Origin: Gnetum montanum
Lineage: Eukaryota > Plantae > Gnetophyta
NCBI GenBank assembly: GCA_015680685.1
Contig: MNCI01002384.1
Span: forward strand, 189,498-253,497
Reading direction: 5' to 3'
Length of the DNA: 64,000 nucleotides
In this document: piece after piece, positions 61,502 to 64,000 of the stretch
Position numbering within the stretch: position 1 is the first letter of the stretch
How the letters are laid out: each line of letters opens with the position of its first letter
Translations under genes and position numbers: made by a program
The notes under the pieces: model-generated
Told to the model about the DNA's origin: nothing
Database searches by the model: none
Seen by the model: only the letters and a program-made list of their open reading frames with translations

Positions 61502-64000
61502 AATTATGCTAAAGCCCGTCCTAATCATTTTGGACATCATGGGCATTCTATGCTGCATGCATGTTCTCGCAGCCAATGTGCCTCCTCCTCATGCTTGTAT
61601 AAAGGAGGAGGTGGTGTGGTTCCGAAGGGGTACGTGGGAGTTCTTACAGTTTTTGCTTTGTAATTATAGCGTAATCGTTTGGTCGCATCTACTAGGTGAT
61701 GTAGCTGCTACTATTTTAAAGATGCTACTGGTTGGGTTGACGCAGGCCATCTTGACATTTTTGATAGAAGGCACTGTTGAAACTGTGTAGGTGCAAGGCC
61801 ATGAACAGAGTGCTAAAGGTTTGAGGCATTTGAGCTGGATCTGGGAGATGCCCAGTTTTAACTGTTATCATGCCTACAACACTCTATTCGTGGCCCATCA
61901 TCTCACAACCTACTTCCAGAATCCACCTGGTACAGTGCATTACGCAGGCGGGTAAGTTTTTTTGTTTTGTTTCTTCTTGCTATGTTGTAGTATGCTAACT
62001 ACTATTTAAATTTGTGTTGTGTAAATAATTTTTCCTATGGTGTAGATTTTTCATCAATGACAGTGGTCTCCTGGGCAATAATGATACATTGTCATTGACC
62101 AAAAGGGCTATAAGGGAATTTACTTCTATCAGCAATGTACGGGCTGGTGTCATGGGACAAATGGTGTTCGAAATCCCAGAATACTTGACCCACTATGCCG
62201 AATTCTTTTCTAGATGTAGAAATCTCAGATGGCTGGATAGGGAGTGGACTTTGGATCCTCCCCTCACTGTCGCAGATGTGCAAAGGAAAATCCCTACGTT
62301 TCCTTTGCCATTCGGACTCGATAAACTTTATTATGATGATCAGTTGTATCGATGTTGTTAGCTGGAAATAGTGTATGAAGTTGTCTCATTTTTGTTATAC
62401 TATCTTAACTATTGTTTACTGTTTGCAGTGAGGGAATAACGGGAAATCACGATTATGGCCTCTACTCATGAGGCAAATAGTCTCTTTTTCCGTTACAGTG
62501 ATATAAAGGAAACACAACACTGGCTTAGCCATAGAGTGATCCCAGTTGTGTTAATCAATAACCATCGGGAGGCTAGACTGATGGACCTATTTTTGGCCAT
62601 AACTCTCGATGTCACTATGGGTGAAATGCTGACCCTAGTCAACTCCTTCAGTGAGGAAGCTAAGCATCTCTGCATACACATGCGTAATGTGCGTGTGAAT
62701 TTTGACATTGACGCTCAACTATTTACCGATCTCTTTGGGGTCCCCTCCGATGGCTTTCCTATAAAGGAAAAGTCGAAGAGGAGTGCCATTAAGAAGGAGG
62801 TTAAGGGAATTCCTACCGATAGGATTGAGTTAGAAGTGGCTAATACTATTTACCCCCTTTTTTTAGCTCGGGCCTTCCCCAAGATCCTCTCCCAAGGGAG
62901 ATTCCTCACTATAGAGCAAGCTCGAATTATGCAAGAGGTCATGGAGGAGGGGACATGGTTCAATTGGGCTAGCTATTTTGCTGAAGGCCTACATGTTGAA
63001 ATGTTCAGGCTTTGCAAGAAGCTTGAGTCCCATTTCAATGTGCACTTTGCCTTCTTCATAGCTTTCTTCTGGCCTTTTGCCAAATTTTTGGTAGTCCAAA
63101 GGAATGGTGTCTGGGTGCAACAAGACCATAGCCAGATTTCCAAACCATGGATTTCCCACGTTTTTGACACTATCTGGTTGCAAGACCCTCGTGAAGGAAT
63201 CGGGGAGTCATCTATAACGACTAAAAATATGGTTGCGCCTCGAACGCGGGGTCAGGACAGCATGGGTGGGGCACTCCTCTCCTACACTAGCGATGTGTCT
63301 AGGGGGAAGTGCTGTAGCTAAACTAGTGCACTCGTCGATGCCATGGAAGACCCCTCGTTTGACCGAGGAGCCTGTCGAGCCAACAAGTGGTGTGAGGTAG
63401 AAGATGCAAGTCAGGTTTTGGAGGAGTAATCCTCAAGTAGGTAAGCAAAGAAATGTGCTAATAATTATAGTTATGTTGCATATAGATACTTTTGCATTGC
63501 GTAATATTTATTGAACTAGAGTGAAATCCTGCGCTAACTGAGGATGTTGTATGACAACGAAGGAGAAGGCTGTGGAACAGTTAAACCCTGAAATAGGAGC
63601 TATAGTTTTGCAGTGCAAGGAAGGGGCCTTGGCCTTGGAAGAAGAGGCTCCAGTCAACAAGGAGAGTGGCATGCAGATTTCTATGCGCAAGAAGGAAGTA
63701 GCAGTGGAAGATGCCGAAGTCCTTTCAGCTGAGATAGGAAGAGGTAAGTGATTTGTGACTCAGTGAGGTTAACTTTTATAGCGTACTAGACTCTAGATAA
63801 TTTCTTCTAAAGGTTATACTGGTCATCGTAATTTCTCAATTATGTCCTTATATGGAACTTGTTCTGCGTAATAGGTGACTAGGACGTACACTTGTCAACA
63901 GTGGCGACTCGATCCTGGGGTGAATTTCCTGATAAATTTGCCTTTATGGAAGGTGTTGTTCAAGATATGATCAGTCACTTGGAGTGAATTGATCTTGAAG
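61502..64000 (+). pseudogene. Spliced antisense accessory gene of element E (FCP1/NIF-like + Transposase_32-like), truncated by the window
   Basis: Exon 61502-61951 LIILDIMGIL...WFRRGTWEFLQFLL..YSVIVWSH...NTLFV...QNP. ORF 62455-63321 LMDLF..FTDLFGVPSDG..RAFPKILSQG..NWASYF. WGEFPDKFAF near 63920. Confidence 0.85.

Larger units (their letters stand above)
53762..64000 (-). mobile_element. Tat-clade LTR retrotransposon 'E' (3' portion; runs off the window's right edge)
   Basis: 3' LTR, PPT, 3' UTR, full pol and antisense gene. Confidence 0.9.

Overview
The window is almost entirely nested, decayed plant retrotransposon DNA; I see no host gene, RNA gene or CRISPR array. It holds several related but divergent Ty3/Gypsy Tat-clade LTR elements (pol order RT-RH-aRH-INT; tRNA-Asn PBS where visible), labelled here as follows. 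A is 1-12810 (-). A0 is an LTR fragment. X is an integrase fragment. B is 14155-~50776 (+). C is 29972-43662 (+), nested in B with a 5-bp TSD. D is a 3' end at 50777-53761 (+). E is 53762->64000 (-). A GC-rich L1-type LINE (44186-50630, 15-bp TSD) is inserted in B. Three things stand out. (1) A, B and E each carry a spliced antisense gene upstream of RT (between protease and RT in A and B). It has an identically sized 450-nt exon encoding an apparently catalytically dead FCP1/NIF-type HAD phosphatase domain, followed by a plant-transposon (Transposase_32-like) domain and, in A and B, a coiled-coil. (2) Each element subfamily is dotted with its own variant of an xxxACGCT motif, switched in concert at homologous sites, recalling VANC/VANDAL-type sequence-specific anti-silencing. 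(3) The LINE ORF2 extends past its zinc finger into a Transposase_32-like domain, a coiled-coil and a DnaJ J-domain with an intact HPD motif. All domain calls are by-eye motif recognition, not database searches.
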